The notes below the pieces were generated by a model. That model worked only from the letters and a program-made list of their open reading frames with translations. It was not told the origin of the DNA and made no database searches. Positions 8,742 through 16,644 of a stretch of DNA of 64,000 nt are shown one piece after another (position 1 is the stretch's first letter; each line of letters opens with the position of its first letter). The DNA lies in assembly GCA_036229005.1 (NCBI GenBank), contig JAZAMN010000003.1, positions 8,202 through 72,201 of the forward strand. Direction: 5' to 3'. Position numbers and translations under genes: made by a program. This stretch comes from Myxococcota bacterium (GTDB lineage: Bacteria > Myxococcota_A > UBA796 > CAJQPC01).

Positions 8742-8769
8742 TCATGCCTTTTTCCCGCGATTCCGATCG
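8742..8769 (+). promoter_or_regulatory. candidate sigma-28-type promoter upstream of flagellin 2
   Basis: TCAT-N16-TCCGATCG (the -10-like element is at 8762-8769). The CCGAT core matches the FliA -10 but the -35 is weak. A stem-loop begins about 9 nt downstream (8778). Confidence 0.35.
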
Positions 8770-8831
8770 CTGGGGGTGAGCCGGAGATGTTTTCGCGGAC
8801 ATCGGCTCGCAACCAACGAGGAGAACAGGCA

Positions 8832-9659
8832 ATGGCCTTGACCGTCAACACCAACGTCAGCGCGCTTCAGGCGGGAACCGCGCTCAACCGCAACACCCGG
8901 TCGCTGTCCAGCAGCTTCCGCAAGCTCTCCAGTGGGCTCCGCGTCAGCAAGGCTGCCGACGACGCTGCTGGTCTGGCTGTGGCCGAGAACCTGGAGGCTG
9001 CCAGCCGCTCCGCCGATGTCGCCAAGCGCAACACGAACGACGGCATCTCCTTGCTGGCCACCGCCGAGGGCGCAGCCAACGAGACGGGCTCCATCCTCAA
9101 GCGCATGCGCGAGCTGGCCGTCCAGTCCAGCTCCGAGACCCTCGATGACGACGAGCGCGCCTACATCCAGGACGAGTTCGAGGAGCTCACCGCCGAGGTG
9201 GATCGCATCGCCAACGTGACCGAGTTCAACGGCGTCGCCCTGGCGGACGGCACCAACACCCAGATCGACGTCCAGGTCGGCATCGACGGCTCCGCCGACA
9301 GCCGCATCACCATCAGCCTGGGCGACATGACCGCCTCCGCGCTGGGTGTGGACACCGGCTCGGTGGATCTCTCCACCGCCTCCAGCGCACAGACCGCCAT
9401 CGACACGATCGACACGGCCATCGACTCGGTCTCGGCCACCCGGTCCAAGTTCGGTGCCTCCGAGAACCGGCTCAACAGCGCCCTGAACAACCTGGAGACC
9501 TACTCCACCAACCTGCAGGCCGCTGAGTCCGCCATCCGCGACGCCGACTTCGCGTCGGAGACCGCTGAGATGACCAAGAACCAGATCATGCAGCAGGCGA
9601 GCGTCTCGGTGCTCGCCCAGGCCAAGGGAATGAGCTCCATGGCCGCTCAGCTCATCTGA
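8832..9659 (+). CDS. fliC: flagellin, copy 2 (tandem paralog)
   Basis: MALTVNTNVSALQAGTALNRNTRSLSSSFRKLSSGLRVSKAADDAAGLAVAENLEAASRSADVA... is highly similar to copy 1 across its length. GGAG RBS upstream of ATG 8832; the ORF-track start at 8787 is probably too early. Confidence 0.95.
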   Translation: MALTVNTNVSALQAGTALNRNTRSLSSSFRKLSSGLRVSKAADDAAGLAVAENLEAASRSADVAKRNTNDGISLLATAEGAANETGSILKRMRELAVQSSSETLDDDERAYIQDEFEELTAEVDRIANVTEFNGVALADGTNTQIDVQVGIDGSADSRITISLGDMTASALGVDTGSVDLSTASSAQTAIDTIDTAIDSVSATRSKFGASENRLNSALNNLETYSTNLQAAESAIRDADFASETAEMTKNQIMQQASVSVLAQAKGMSSMAAQLI

Positions 9660-9729
9660 GCCGAGCTGCTGAGCAGGGAAGGGCCCGGATCACCTCGCTG
9701 GTGGTTCGGGTCTTCTCCCGTCTCTGTGC

Positions 9730-9756
9730 TCAGTTCCCAGGGCGGTGATCCGATGT
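9730..9756 (+). promoter_or_regulatory. candidate sigma-28-type promoter upstream of fliD
   Basis: TCAG-N15-TCCGATGT (-10-like element at 9749-9756). It would exclude the 9755 ORF start and favours the RBS-led ATG at 9800. Confidence 0.35.
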
Positions 9757-9799
9757 GAATGAACAGGGAAGACTCTTCCCGTTCTCTGGAGTGAAGCAG

Positions 9800-11137
9800 A
9801 TGAGCAGCATCTCACTTGACGGCGTGGTCTCGGGGTTGGATACGACCTCCATGATCAACTCGTTGGTGGCTGTCTCTGCCACCCGTGGCCAACAGATGGT
9901 CTCCCAGAAGGACGACTTTCAGGACACCCTGGACGCCGTCGGGGACTTCAAGTCCGCCCTGGCCAAGGTGCAGACCTCCCTGGAGGAGCTGCAGGATCCC
10001 GACACTTTCGGTGAATACACGGTCTCCCAGAGCGCGGAGACAGGGTTCACCGCCAGCGTGGGCAACGACGCGACGCCAGGCGCCTACGACGTGCAGGTCA
10101 CACAGTTGGCCAAGGCCGAGATGGAGGTCTCGCAGGGCTTCGCGGACAAGTCCACGGCTGGGGTGCTGGCCACCGGCGTGATGGAGGTCACCTATGGGGG
10201 CAACGATCCCGTAGAGATCACCATCGACTCGGACACCACGCTCTCCTCGCTGGCAGAGGAGCTGGACGCGGTCGAGGGGATCTCGGCCTTCGTCCTGGAC
10301 ACGGGGGACGCCTCCACGCCGTACAAGCTCGTCGTCATGGGCGAGGACACCGGCGAGGACAACACGATCTCCTTCGACACCTCGGCGCTCTCGGGGGGCA
10401 CCGTCCCCGGGTTCACGGAGCAGGTCACGGCCCAGAACGCCAAGGTGACCGTCAACGACATCGAGGTCAGCCACGAGGACAACGTCATCGACGACGTGAT
10501 CCCGGGCCTGGATCTGGCGCTGACGCAGGAGACCACCGAGGCGGTCACCGTTACGGTCAACCGCGACGACGAAGCGATCATGGACAAGATCGAGGGCTTC
10601 GTCGACGCGTGGAACAGCCTGCGGGTGATGCACGGCGCGAACAGTGATTACGACGCCGACAATGACATCAAGGGTGCCCTCTTTGGAGAGGGGACCACCA
10701 AGGGGATCCTGAGCACGCTGGGCTCCATGATCTCCACGCCCTCGGGCGAGGCCACCAACGGCGAGGACATGAGCTTCGCGCTGCTGGGCATCAGCACACT
10801 GCAGACGGGCAACCTGGAGCTCGACCGCAGCGAGCTGCAGGACATGCTGGACGAGGACTACGACTACGTGGTCGAGGTCTTCTCCAGCGAGGACGGTCCC
10901 GCGGCGGCCCTGGTGGACATGATGGACGACACCTATCTGGGCAGCGATGGCTTCCTGGCCTCCAAGGAGGACTCCCTGGAGGACACCATCGAAGACCTGG
11001 AGAACAGCATCATCGACTTTGAGGACCGCCTGAGCGACTACGAGGAGCGACTGCGGAACCAGTTCACCTCGATGGAGGTCGCGCTCGGCGAGCTGCAGAG
11101 CACCCAGAGCTACCTGTCGGCGCTGATCGAAGCCTGA
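9800..11137 (+). CDS. fliD: flagellar filament cap protein FliD
   Basis: MSSISLDGVVSGLDTTSMINSLVAVS... N-terminus and C-terminus RLRNQFTSMEVALGELQSTQSYLSALI. GGAG lies 8 nt upstream of ATG 9800. Confidence 0.9.
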   Translation: MSSISLDGVVSGLDTTSMINSLVAVSATRGQQMVSQKDDFQDTLDAVGDFKSALAKVQTSLEELQDPDTFGEYTVSQSAETGFTASVGNDATPGAYDVQVTQLAKAEMEVSQGFADKSTAGVLATGVMEVTYGGNDPVEITIDSDTTLSSLAEELDAVEGISAFVLDTGDASTPYKLVVMGEDTGEDNTISFDTSALSGGTVPGFTEQVTAQNAKVTVNDIEVSHEDNVIDDVIPGLDLALTQETTEAVTVTVNRDDEAIMDKIEGFVDAWNSLRVMHGANSDYDADNDIKGALFGEGTTKGILSTLGSMISTPSGEATNGEDMSFALLGISTLQTGNLELDRSELQDMLDEDYDYVVEVFSSEDGPAAALVDMMDDTYLGSDGFLASKEDSLEDTIEDLENSIIDFEDRLSDYEERLRNQFTSMEVALGELQSTQSYLSALIEA

Positions 11138-11159
11138 CCCCTGAGACCGGAGCACGCAC

Positions 11160-11525
11160 GTGAGAGGACTGAACGCCTACCAGGCCGCCCGAGTGGAAAC
11201 CGCGAGCCCGTCGGCGGTGCTTGTGATGTTGATGCACACCGCTGTGCTCAAGCTGGAGTCGGCGCTCCAGCGGGACCCCAAGGATCTCCCCGGCTACCAG
11301 GCGGATCTGCACCACGTCCGCAGCATCTACTTCGAGCTGGTGATGGCCCTGGATGACGCTGCCGCCCCGGAGCTCTGCGCGGAGCTCCGGCGCCTCTACT
11401 CCTGGTGCATCCGGGAGCTGGTCGAGGCCTCCAAGAGCCGCAGCGACAGCCACGTCGAGGGCGTGCTGCGCGTGACCCGGACCCTGGGTGAGGCCTGGAC
11501 CGAGGCGGTCGAGGAGATCAGCTAG
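11160..11525 (+). CDS. fliS: flagellin-specific chaperone FliS
   Basis: 121 aa, GTG start. LNAYQAARVETASPSAVLVMLMHTAVLKLESA... fits the FliS four-helix pattern. Directly downstream of fliD. Confidence 0.85.
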   Translation: MRGLNAYQAARVETASPSAVLVMLMHTAVLKLESALQRDPKDLPGYQADLHHVRSIYFELVMALDDAAAPELCAELRRLYSWCIRELVEASKSRSDSHVEGVLRVTRTLGEAWTEAVEEIS

Positions 11526-11830
11526 TGTCCGCCTCTTCCCTGCGACAGGAGGTCTTGGCGCTGCGCCGCCTCCTTCAAGGGGGGGAGACCCCGGACCCTG
11601 AGCGGATCCGGGCGCTGACGCAGGCCATCCAGGCGGAGGCTCCGCAGATGTCCAAGCCGGATCTGCGCGCGCTGGCAGCGGCCTTCTCCGCGCTGATGGA
11701 GGAGGCCCAGGAGCAGCGTGAGTTCCTCCAGGAGCAGCTCAAGCAGGTGGGCACCGGGCGCAAGGTGGCCCGCGGATACGGCTGCCTGCGATCGGCGAGT
11801 CAGGGGCAGCGCGTGCGCGTGAAGGCTTAG
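11525..11830 (+). CDS. hypothetical helical protein in the FliT position
   Basis: 101 aa, TAGTG overlap with fliS. Predicted helical and Glu/Gln/Leu-rich (EEAQEQREFLQEQLKQ). No motif I can name; the call rests on position only. Confidence 0.35.
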   Translation: MSASSLRQEVLALRRLLQGGETPDPERIRALTQAIQAEAPQMSKPDLRALAAAFSALMEEAQEQREFLQEQLKQVGTGRKVARGYGCLRSASQGQRVRVKA

Positions 11831-11833
11831 GGC

Positions 11834-11860
11834 TCAAGTGTCGCGGCGGGTGTCCGATGG
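11834..11860 (+). promoter_or_regulatory. candidate sigma-28-type promoter for the accessory operon
   Basis: TCAA (11834-11837)-N15-TCCGATGG (11853-11860). The -10 octamer is the same as at flgI and flgB. Confidence 0.4.
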
Positions 11861-11866
11861 ACGGGC

Positions 11867-12397
11867 ATGCGCGACACCTCATACAGAATCCACGCAGAGC
11901 TCGATCTGGCTGTACGGCCGGGCGACGACTCCGTGGAGACCGTGATGGCTCCGCTGATGGCCCGCCAGCTCGCTGGTGAGGCGCGGGAGGCCGTGGAGCT
12001 GCTCTCCCCCCGCCGGGACAAGCGCGTCAAGGAGGCCCTCTCGCGGGTGCTCGACGCGGTCGAGGTCCTGGAGCGGGAGATGGAGTGGATCTGGCGCCGC
12101 CAGCTCAACGCCGAGCACGGGATGGTGCTGGAGCGGCGGCCGGTGGTGCTCACCCCCTTTGGGCTGGAGCTCTCGGGGAGCTGGCCGGAGGGCCCCGCCA
12201 CGCTGCAGCTCGGCGTGGTGCTGGGCCAGAGCTGGCGACTGCTGGGACTGCCGGTCCAGGTCAAGCCGCTCCCCGCGCATGGCCAACAGATGCTGGGCTT
12301 TGGCCGCCTGTCGGACCCGGATCGGGACCTGCTGGCCGCCCTGGCCCTGGACCTCCAGCGCAAGGAGCGTCGCCGTGAACGCAGTGCTGTGCCTTAG
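11867..12397 (+). CDS. hypothetical protein, possibly a degenerate PilZ-like beta-barrel
   Basis: Protein-like composition. WRRQLNAEHGMVLERRPVVLTPFGLELSG only loosely recalls PilZ RxxxR...D/NxSxxG. The start is uncertain: ATG 11945 has a GGAG RBS and fits the predicted transcription start better. Confidence 0.35.
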   Translation: MRDTSYRIHAELDLAVRPGDDSVETVMAPLMARQLAGEAREAVELLSPRRDKRVKEALSRVLDAVEVLEREMEWIWRRQLNAEHGMVLERRPVVLTPFGLELSGSWPEGPATLQLGVVLGQSWRLLGLPVQVKPLPAHGQQMLGFGRLSDPDRDLLAALALDLQRKERRRERSAVP

Positions 12398-13076
12398 CCT
12401 CCTCCTGTCGCAAGAACCCCAAGATGTGTCAGCGCCGAGCGCTGAGGTCGAGCAGGCTGGTGGCTTCTCGTCCGTGCTCGCCGAGACGGAGCAGACCCTC
12501 CAGCAGGAGGGCGTCAGCGTCGTGTTCCGCGGGGTGGGGGAGTCCTGGGACGATGAGACCCTGGAGCGCCTCTACCGCGGTGAGGTCTTCATGGGCTCCG
12601 TCGGCCTGGTCGTGCCGGTTCACCGCTACGCCGTGGTGGACATCGAAGCGGGCTTCAAGCGCCAGGGCGGGAGCGCCTGGAACACCGAGTCCGACACCCT
12701 GAGCAGCGAGGGCATCGCCTTCCAGCTCGTGCCGGTGAGCGCACTGGTCGAGGCCCGCTACCCCCTGTCCCGAGGCAGCCTCTTTGCGGGCGTCGGCCCC
12801 AGCATGGCGGTGTTCCAGGAGGAGTTCCCGGCCACGGAGAACGCCGAGGGCTTGACCAAGACCCAGGTCAGCGGGGCCAAGCTTGGCGCGGAGCTCCGCA
12901 TGGGCCTGCGCATGAGCACCGGCTTTCAGCCCCAGCGGCCGCTACCTCCCGCTCCCCAGCCGCTGATCCAGGGCATCTCCGTGGAGTTCTATGGCGGTCG
13001 GCGCATGCAGCGCGCGCCCTCGGGCTTCGATCTGGCCGCCTGGCGCCTGAGCGCGGGCGTCGCGGTGCAGTTCTGA
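12375..13076 (+). CDS. putative outer-membrane beta-barrel protein (flagellar-cluster associated)
   Basis: GTG start with AGGAG 7 nt upstream. Short signal VNAVLCLSLLLSQEP. Alternating amphipathic segments and a C-terminal FDLAAWRLSAGVAVQF ending in Phe, as in OMP beta-signals. Confidence 0.5.
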   Translation: MNAVLCLSLLLSQEPQDVSAPSAEVEQAGGFSSVLAETEQTLQQEGVSVVFRGVGESWDDETLERLYRGEVFMGSVGLVVPVHRYAVVDIEAGFKRQGGSAWNTESDTLSSEGIAFQLVPVSALVEARYPLSRGSLFAGVGPSMAVFQEEFPATENAEGLTKTQVSGAKLGAELRMGLRMSTGFQPQRPLPPAPQPLIQGISVEFYGGRRMQRAPSGFDLAAWRLSAGVAVQF

Positions 13077-15298
13077 TGGGCTGGTGGCTGCTGCTGGGCC
13101 TCGCCTACGGGCAGGAGCCGGCCGTCGGGGGCTTCGAGCTGCGAGCCGGTCCTCGGGCGCGGGTACAGACCCTTCCGATGGTGTCCGCCACCCGACAGCA
13201 GTGGGTGATCCACGAGAGCGCCTATGCGCTCAACGACCAGCTCTCCGACTCCCTCTTCATCCCGGGGGTCGAGGCCATCGACCTCTACGGCGTGGGTGGA
13301 GGGAGCTGGATGGTGACCCTGCAGCTCACGGAGCCAGGGCTGGTGGGCTCCTGGCGCGAGGAGGCCGGCGCCTGGGTGTTGGAGCTGCGGCCCGGGAACC
13401 CCGTGATCGTACAGACGCCCGACGCCCTGGATCTGCAGACCCTGCTCTCTGCGCCGCCCGAGCGCTCGATGCAGCGGGTCAGCAAGTCCTCGCTCCAGCC
13501 GCTCAGTGGTCTGGCGTCGACGCTGGCCCTGGAGCCCCAGGAGGTGGACCCGGCATTTCCGGTGTGGACCCCCAACCTCCCCGCCGAGGCCCGGGACAGC
13601 CTGCGCTACGACCCGACCCCGACGCCCTACACCATCGACCGCTACCGCGAGGCGCTGACACACCCCGACCCCTACGTGGAGGCCGCGGCCCGCTACCGCA
13701 TCGCCCAGGCCCACGAGCACCTGGGGCTCAACCGGGAGGCGGCCTACTACTACCGCAGCGTGATGGCGCTGGACGCCCCCTGGCCTCGGGACGTGCTGCC
13801 GCTGGCGCTCGCCCGGGCGGAGATCCGCAGCGGGGACATCGACGCAGCGCGCGAGGCCTGTGAGCAGGCTTGGGGGGTGTCCCGGGCGCGCTCCGAGCAG
13901 GTCGCCACGTGCCTTGGGTTGGTGTCCTTGGAGTCTGCCCAGCCAGCCCCCGCGGCCGTCGGTCGGGTGCTCGCGAACAGCTCCGGGCACCCCCTCCACC
14001 TGCTGCTCGCGGCTCAGCTCCTGCAGGCCGATGGCTACCACGCCGAGGCCCAGCCCCTGCTCGAGACCGCGCTCGCTGTGGTCGCCGAAGAGGACCCGCT
14101 GCGCCGACACATCCTGGCTTCGCTGGGCGACAGCTACCTGCACCAAGGCCGGCTGGGCGAGGCCAGCGATATGTGGCGCGCTGTGGGGCACGCGGGCGAG
14201 CTCGGGGATGTCGTCTGGCTGCGACAGCGCATGCTGGTCATGGTCGAGGCCGGCCCCGGCGAGTGGCCCATGCACCTGCCTGATCTGGACGCCTTCGTCG
14301 CGCGGGGAGGGGAGGGCTCCGCCGAGGCGCTCTACCTGGAGGCCCAGGTCGGCGAGACCCTGGGCGATGACGAAGCGGCCGCGGATGCGCTCATCCAGCT
14401 CGTGGATCACCATCGGCGGGTCGCGAGCGCCAACGCCGTGCCCACGCAGCTCTGGGGGGTGCTCGTGCGTCGCCTGGAGGCTCTGCATCGCCAGGGACGC
14501 ACCCTGGATCTCATCGCCGTGTATCGGCGCTACTACCGCAGCTCTCTGGAGGACGTGATCCTGGACCCCACCCCTCTTGGGCTGGTCGTCGAGGCCTATG
14601 ACGCCGCCGGGCTGCCCGAGCAGGCCATGCGCACCCAGCGCGATCTCTTCGCAATCCAGACCCGCCTGGGGCAGAGCGACCCCGCGTCCCTGCTGCGTCT
14701 GGCCCGGCTCTACGAGGAGGCCGACCGCCACGAAGACGCCCTGGCCACCCTGGACTTCCTGGCCGGTCAGGGCTCCCCCCGGGAGCTGGAGGGCGAGCGT
14801 CAGCTCCTGCTGGGGCGTGTGTTCATGTCCCTGGGGCAGGAAGAGGAGGGGCTGGCGGCCTGGGAGCGGGCTGAGCGCACCACCGAGCACCGCGTGGAGG
14901 CCCAACTTCTCACTGCACTGCACGTCGCCAACGAGGACTGTCTGGGCGCGACCGAGGCTCTGGAGGCCATCGTCGCTCTGCGACCGGAGCCTGGCCTGCA
15001 GCCTCTGCGCACCGGTGAGGCCCACCTGGTGCTGGCGCGCTGTCAGCTCGAGCTGGGGGAGGCCGCCAAGGCGGCCAAGAGCGCCGAGGAGGCCGCGGGC
15101 CGCAGCCCCGACCCCCACACCCAGCGCTACGCCAACTTCCTGGCCGCCCAGGCCGCCCGCAGCGAGGGCCAGGAGCCCGGCATGCTGGCCAAGGCCCTGG
15201 AGAGCGAAGAGGACCTCTGGTCGGAGGTCTACAAGGGCCTCTCCGAGGACGACGCGTTTCGAGCGGAGCTGGCGGCGCGGCGGCGAGGGGTTGAGTAG
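13076..15298 (+). CDS. periplasmic TPR-repeat protein with an N-terminal beta-rich domain
   Basis: 740 aa, TGATG overlap with the upstream gene. Signal-like MGWWLLLGLAYGQEP. The beta-rich first ~110 aa are followed by many Ala/Leu/Tyr helical-pair repeats (YVEAAARYRIAQAHEHLGLNREAAYYYRSV...). Confidence 0.75.
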   Translation: MGWWLLLGLAYGQEPAVGGFELRAGPRARVQTLPMVSATRQQWVIHESAYALNDQLSDSLFIPGVEAIDLYGVGGGSWMVTLQLTEPGLVGSWREEAGAWVLELRPGNPVIVQTPDALDLQTLLSAPPERSMQRVSKSSLQPLSGLASTLALEPQEVDPAFPVWTPNLPAEARDSLRYDPTPTPYTIDRYREALTHPDPYVEAAARYRIAQAHEHLGLNREAAYYYRSVMALDAPWPRDVLPLALARAEIRSGDIDAAREACEQAWGVSRARSEQVATCLGLVSLESAQPAPAAVGRVLANSSGHPLHLLLAAQLLQADGYHAEAQPLLETALAVVAEEDPLRRHILASLGDSYLHQGRLGEASDMWRAVGHAGELGDVVWLRQRMLVMVEAGPGEWPMHLPDLDAFVARGGEGSAEALYLEAQVGETLGDDEAAADALIQLVDHHRRVASANAVPTQLWGVLVRRLEALHRQGRTLDLIAVYRRYYRSSLEDVILDPTPLGLVVEAYDAAGLPEQAMRTQRDLFAIQTRLGQSDPASLLRLARLYEEADRHEDALATLDFLAGQGSPRELEGERQLLLGRVFMSLGQEEEGLAAWERAERTTEHRVEAQLLTALHVANEDCLGATEALEAIVALRPEPGLQPLRTGEAHLVLARCQLELGEAAKAAKSAEEAAGRSPDPHTQRYANFLAAQAARSEGQEPGMLAKALESEEDLWSEVYKGLSEDDAFRAELAARRRGVE

Positions 15299-15340
15299 CG
15301 ACTCAGGCAGTCAGGTACGAGGTATCAGGGTTGGGGGCAG

Positions 15341-15375
15341 CGACCGGCGACCGGCGACCGGCGACCGGGGACCGG
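15341..15375. repeat. heptamer tandem repeat (CGACCGG)x4 + GGACCGG
   Basis: Read directly: cgaccgg cgaccgg cgaccgg cgaccgg ggaccgg. Confidence 0.95.
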
Positions 15376-15495
15376 CGATGACGGTGGTGCAGGGGAGGAG
15401 CGCCTTGGCAGCCTGCGGGGTAGGCGGGGTGGGGTTCAGGTATCAGAGATCAGGTGTCAGAGTGGGGACGGCGACGGGAAGGGCGCTGCGCGAAG

Positions 15496-15523
15496 CCCGA
15501 TACCCGATACCCGATACCCGATA
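15496..15523. repeat. heptamer tandem repeat (CCCGATA)x4
   Basis: Read directly: cccgata cccgata cccgata cccgata. Each unit contains CCGATA, the core of the FliA -10 consensus. Confidence 0.95.
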
Positions 15524-15658
15524 CCTGAATCCTGCCTCCTCGCAGGGCCGGCCCTCCGGCGCAGCCTGCTGTGGCCCGCACGGAGTGCCAGGCCCTCCCC
15601 CCGACGTCCCCAGCGTCGGCTGCCACCCCCGCTCCGAGCCCCCCAGCCCGTCATCGGC

Positions 15659-15679
15659 GGTCCCCGGTCCCCGGTCCCC
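15659..15679. repeat. heptamer tandem repeat (GGTCCCC)x3, inverted counterpart of 15341-15375
   Basis: Read directly. The reverse complement is GGGGACC, matching the GGACCGG variant unit of the left array. Confidence 0.9.
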
Positions 15680-15763
15680 TGTCGCCGCGCCCCGGCACCC
15701 TCCCGACACCTGACCTCCGATACCTGACACCTGATACCCCCGATCAAAATCTCGACTTTCCGC

Positions 15764-15790
15764 TAAACACTCCCGGTCTCCGTCCGATGG
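15764..15790 (+). promoter_or_regulatory. candidate sigma-28-type promoter upstream of flgB
   Basis: TAAA (15764-15767)-N15-TCCGATGG (15783-15790). The 15-mer CTCCGTCCGATGGCG is shared with the flgI upstream region. GGAGA RBS precedes ATG 15815. Confidence 0.45.
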
Positions 15791-15814
15791 CGCCTACGAA
15801 GCCCAGGAGACCTC

Positions 15815-16213
15815 ATGTCCAACAACATGCTCTTCGACAGCCTCCACGGCGGCCTGTCCCGGGCCATCGAGCTGAGGCTCCAGAAGCACGAGATCACCGC
15901 ATCCAACCTCGCCAACATCGACACCCCCAACTTCCAGGGCACCACCCTGGACTTCGACGCCGCCCTCCGGGATGCCGTCGGGACCGCAGGTCAGCGGGGT
16001 GGGGGGATGGCGGCGGTGGAGGGGGATGCCAGCGCCAGCGGCGAGCTCATCCAGCAGGACCCTCTGTCCTGGGCCGGTGACAACTCCAGCGTGTATCTGG
16101 AGCGCGAGAACGCCGCGATGCTCTCCAACTCCCTGCAGCTCAACGCCCTGACCGACGGAATGAGCCGTCGCCTGGCCATGCTGCGCTTTGCCGCCACCAA
16201 CGGCGGCGGTTGA
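15815..16213 (+). CDS. flgB: flagellar proximal rod protein FlgB
   Basis: 132 aa. LSRAIELRLQKHEITASNLANIDTPNFQ is the FlgB N-terminal signature. Confidence 0.9.
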   Translation: MSNNMLFDSLHGGLSRAIELRLQKHEITASNLANIDTPNFQGTTLDFDAALRDAVGTAGQRGGGMAAVEGDASASGELIQQDPLSWAGDNSSVYLERENAAMLSNSLQLNALTDGMSRRLAMLRFAATNGGG

Positions 16214-16224
16214 AGGAGGAGCCC

Positions 16225-16644
16225 GTGAGTCTCTTTGATACACTCGGTGTCGCATCTACCGGCCTGTCGGCCCAGCGCGTGCGCCTGCAGGCGGTCTCCA
16301 GCAACATCGCCAACGCAGAGTCCGTGGACGCCCAGGGCAATCCGTATCAGCGCAAGGTGGTGCGCCTGCGCTCCCAGGCCAGCGACCCCTTCGGGGACGC
16401 CCTGAGCCAGGCCATCCAGTCCGTCGAGATCGACGGCATCGAGGAGCGGGAGGGCTTTGTCGAGCGCCTTGACCCCGACCACGAGTTCGCGGACGAGCGC
16501 GGCATGGTCCGCATGCCGGACATCGACCCGATGACCGAGATGGTGGACATGATGTCCGCCTCCCGGAGCTACGAGGCCAACGCCACCGTGGTCGACGCCA
16601 CGCGGGAGCTCGCCAACCGCGGGATCTCCCTGGGACGTAGCTGA
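16225..16644 (+). CDS. flgC: flagellar proximal rod protein FlgC
   Basis: SLFDTLGVASTGLSAQRVRLQAVSSNIANAESVDAQGNPYQRKVV and C-terminus MTEMVDMMSASRSYEANATVVDATRELANRGISLG. GAAGGAGG precedes GTG 16225; the ORF-track start at 16210 overlaps the flgB stop. Confidence 0.9.
   Translation: MSLFDTLGVASTGLSAQRVRLQAVSSNIANAESVDAQGNPYQRKVVRLRSQASDPFGDALSQAIQSVEIDGIEEREGFVERLDPDHEFADERGMVRMPDIDPMTEMVDMMSASRSYEANATVVDATRELANRGISLGRS

Larger units (their letters stand above)
15301..15750. repeat. complex repeat-rich intergenic region (long imperfect inverted repeat, heptamer microsatellites, TCAGGTRTC motif array)
   Basis: Left arm GGACCGGCGATGACGG (15369-15384) matches the reverse complement of 15648-15663 at 15/16. 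GTCAGGTACGAGGTATCAGGGTTGGGGG (15310-) resembles the reverse complement of 15698-15728. No credible ORF. Confidence 0.85.

Noticed and set aside
15403-15420. Sigma-54-like TGGCA...GC element (TTGGCAGCCTGCGGGG) upstream of flgB
   Set aside because: The GG-N10-GC spacing of the -24/-12 consensus is not met. The site is about 400 nt from flgB, inside the repeat region.
15341-15679. Heptamer repeats as a possible CRISPR array
   Set aside because: The units are 7 nt and directly abutting, with no spacers. The two outer arrays are inverted relative to each other. No cas genes are present. This is microsatellite or inverted-repeat structure, not CRISPR.
15301-15750. Repeat region as an active MITE or IS element
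   Set aside because: There is no transposase ORF. I could not identify a target-site duplication flanking the arms. The arms are imperfect and internally microsatellite-like. A decayed MITE remains possible, as noted in the finding, but I do not call it a mobile element.
14577-16080. ORFs crossing the repeat region (14577-15713 +, 15571-16080 +, 15443-15747 -)
   Set aside because: Their translations are Pro/Arg/Gly/Ser low-complexity sequence dictated by the repeats. They also overlap the well-supported TPR and flgB frames.
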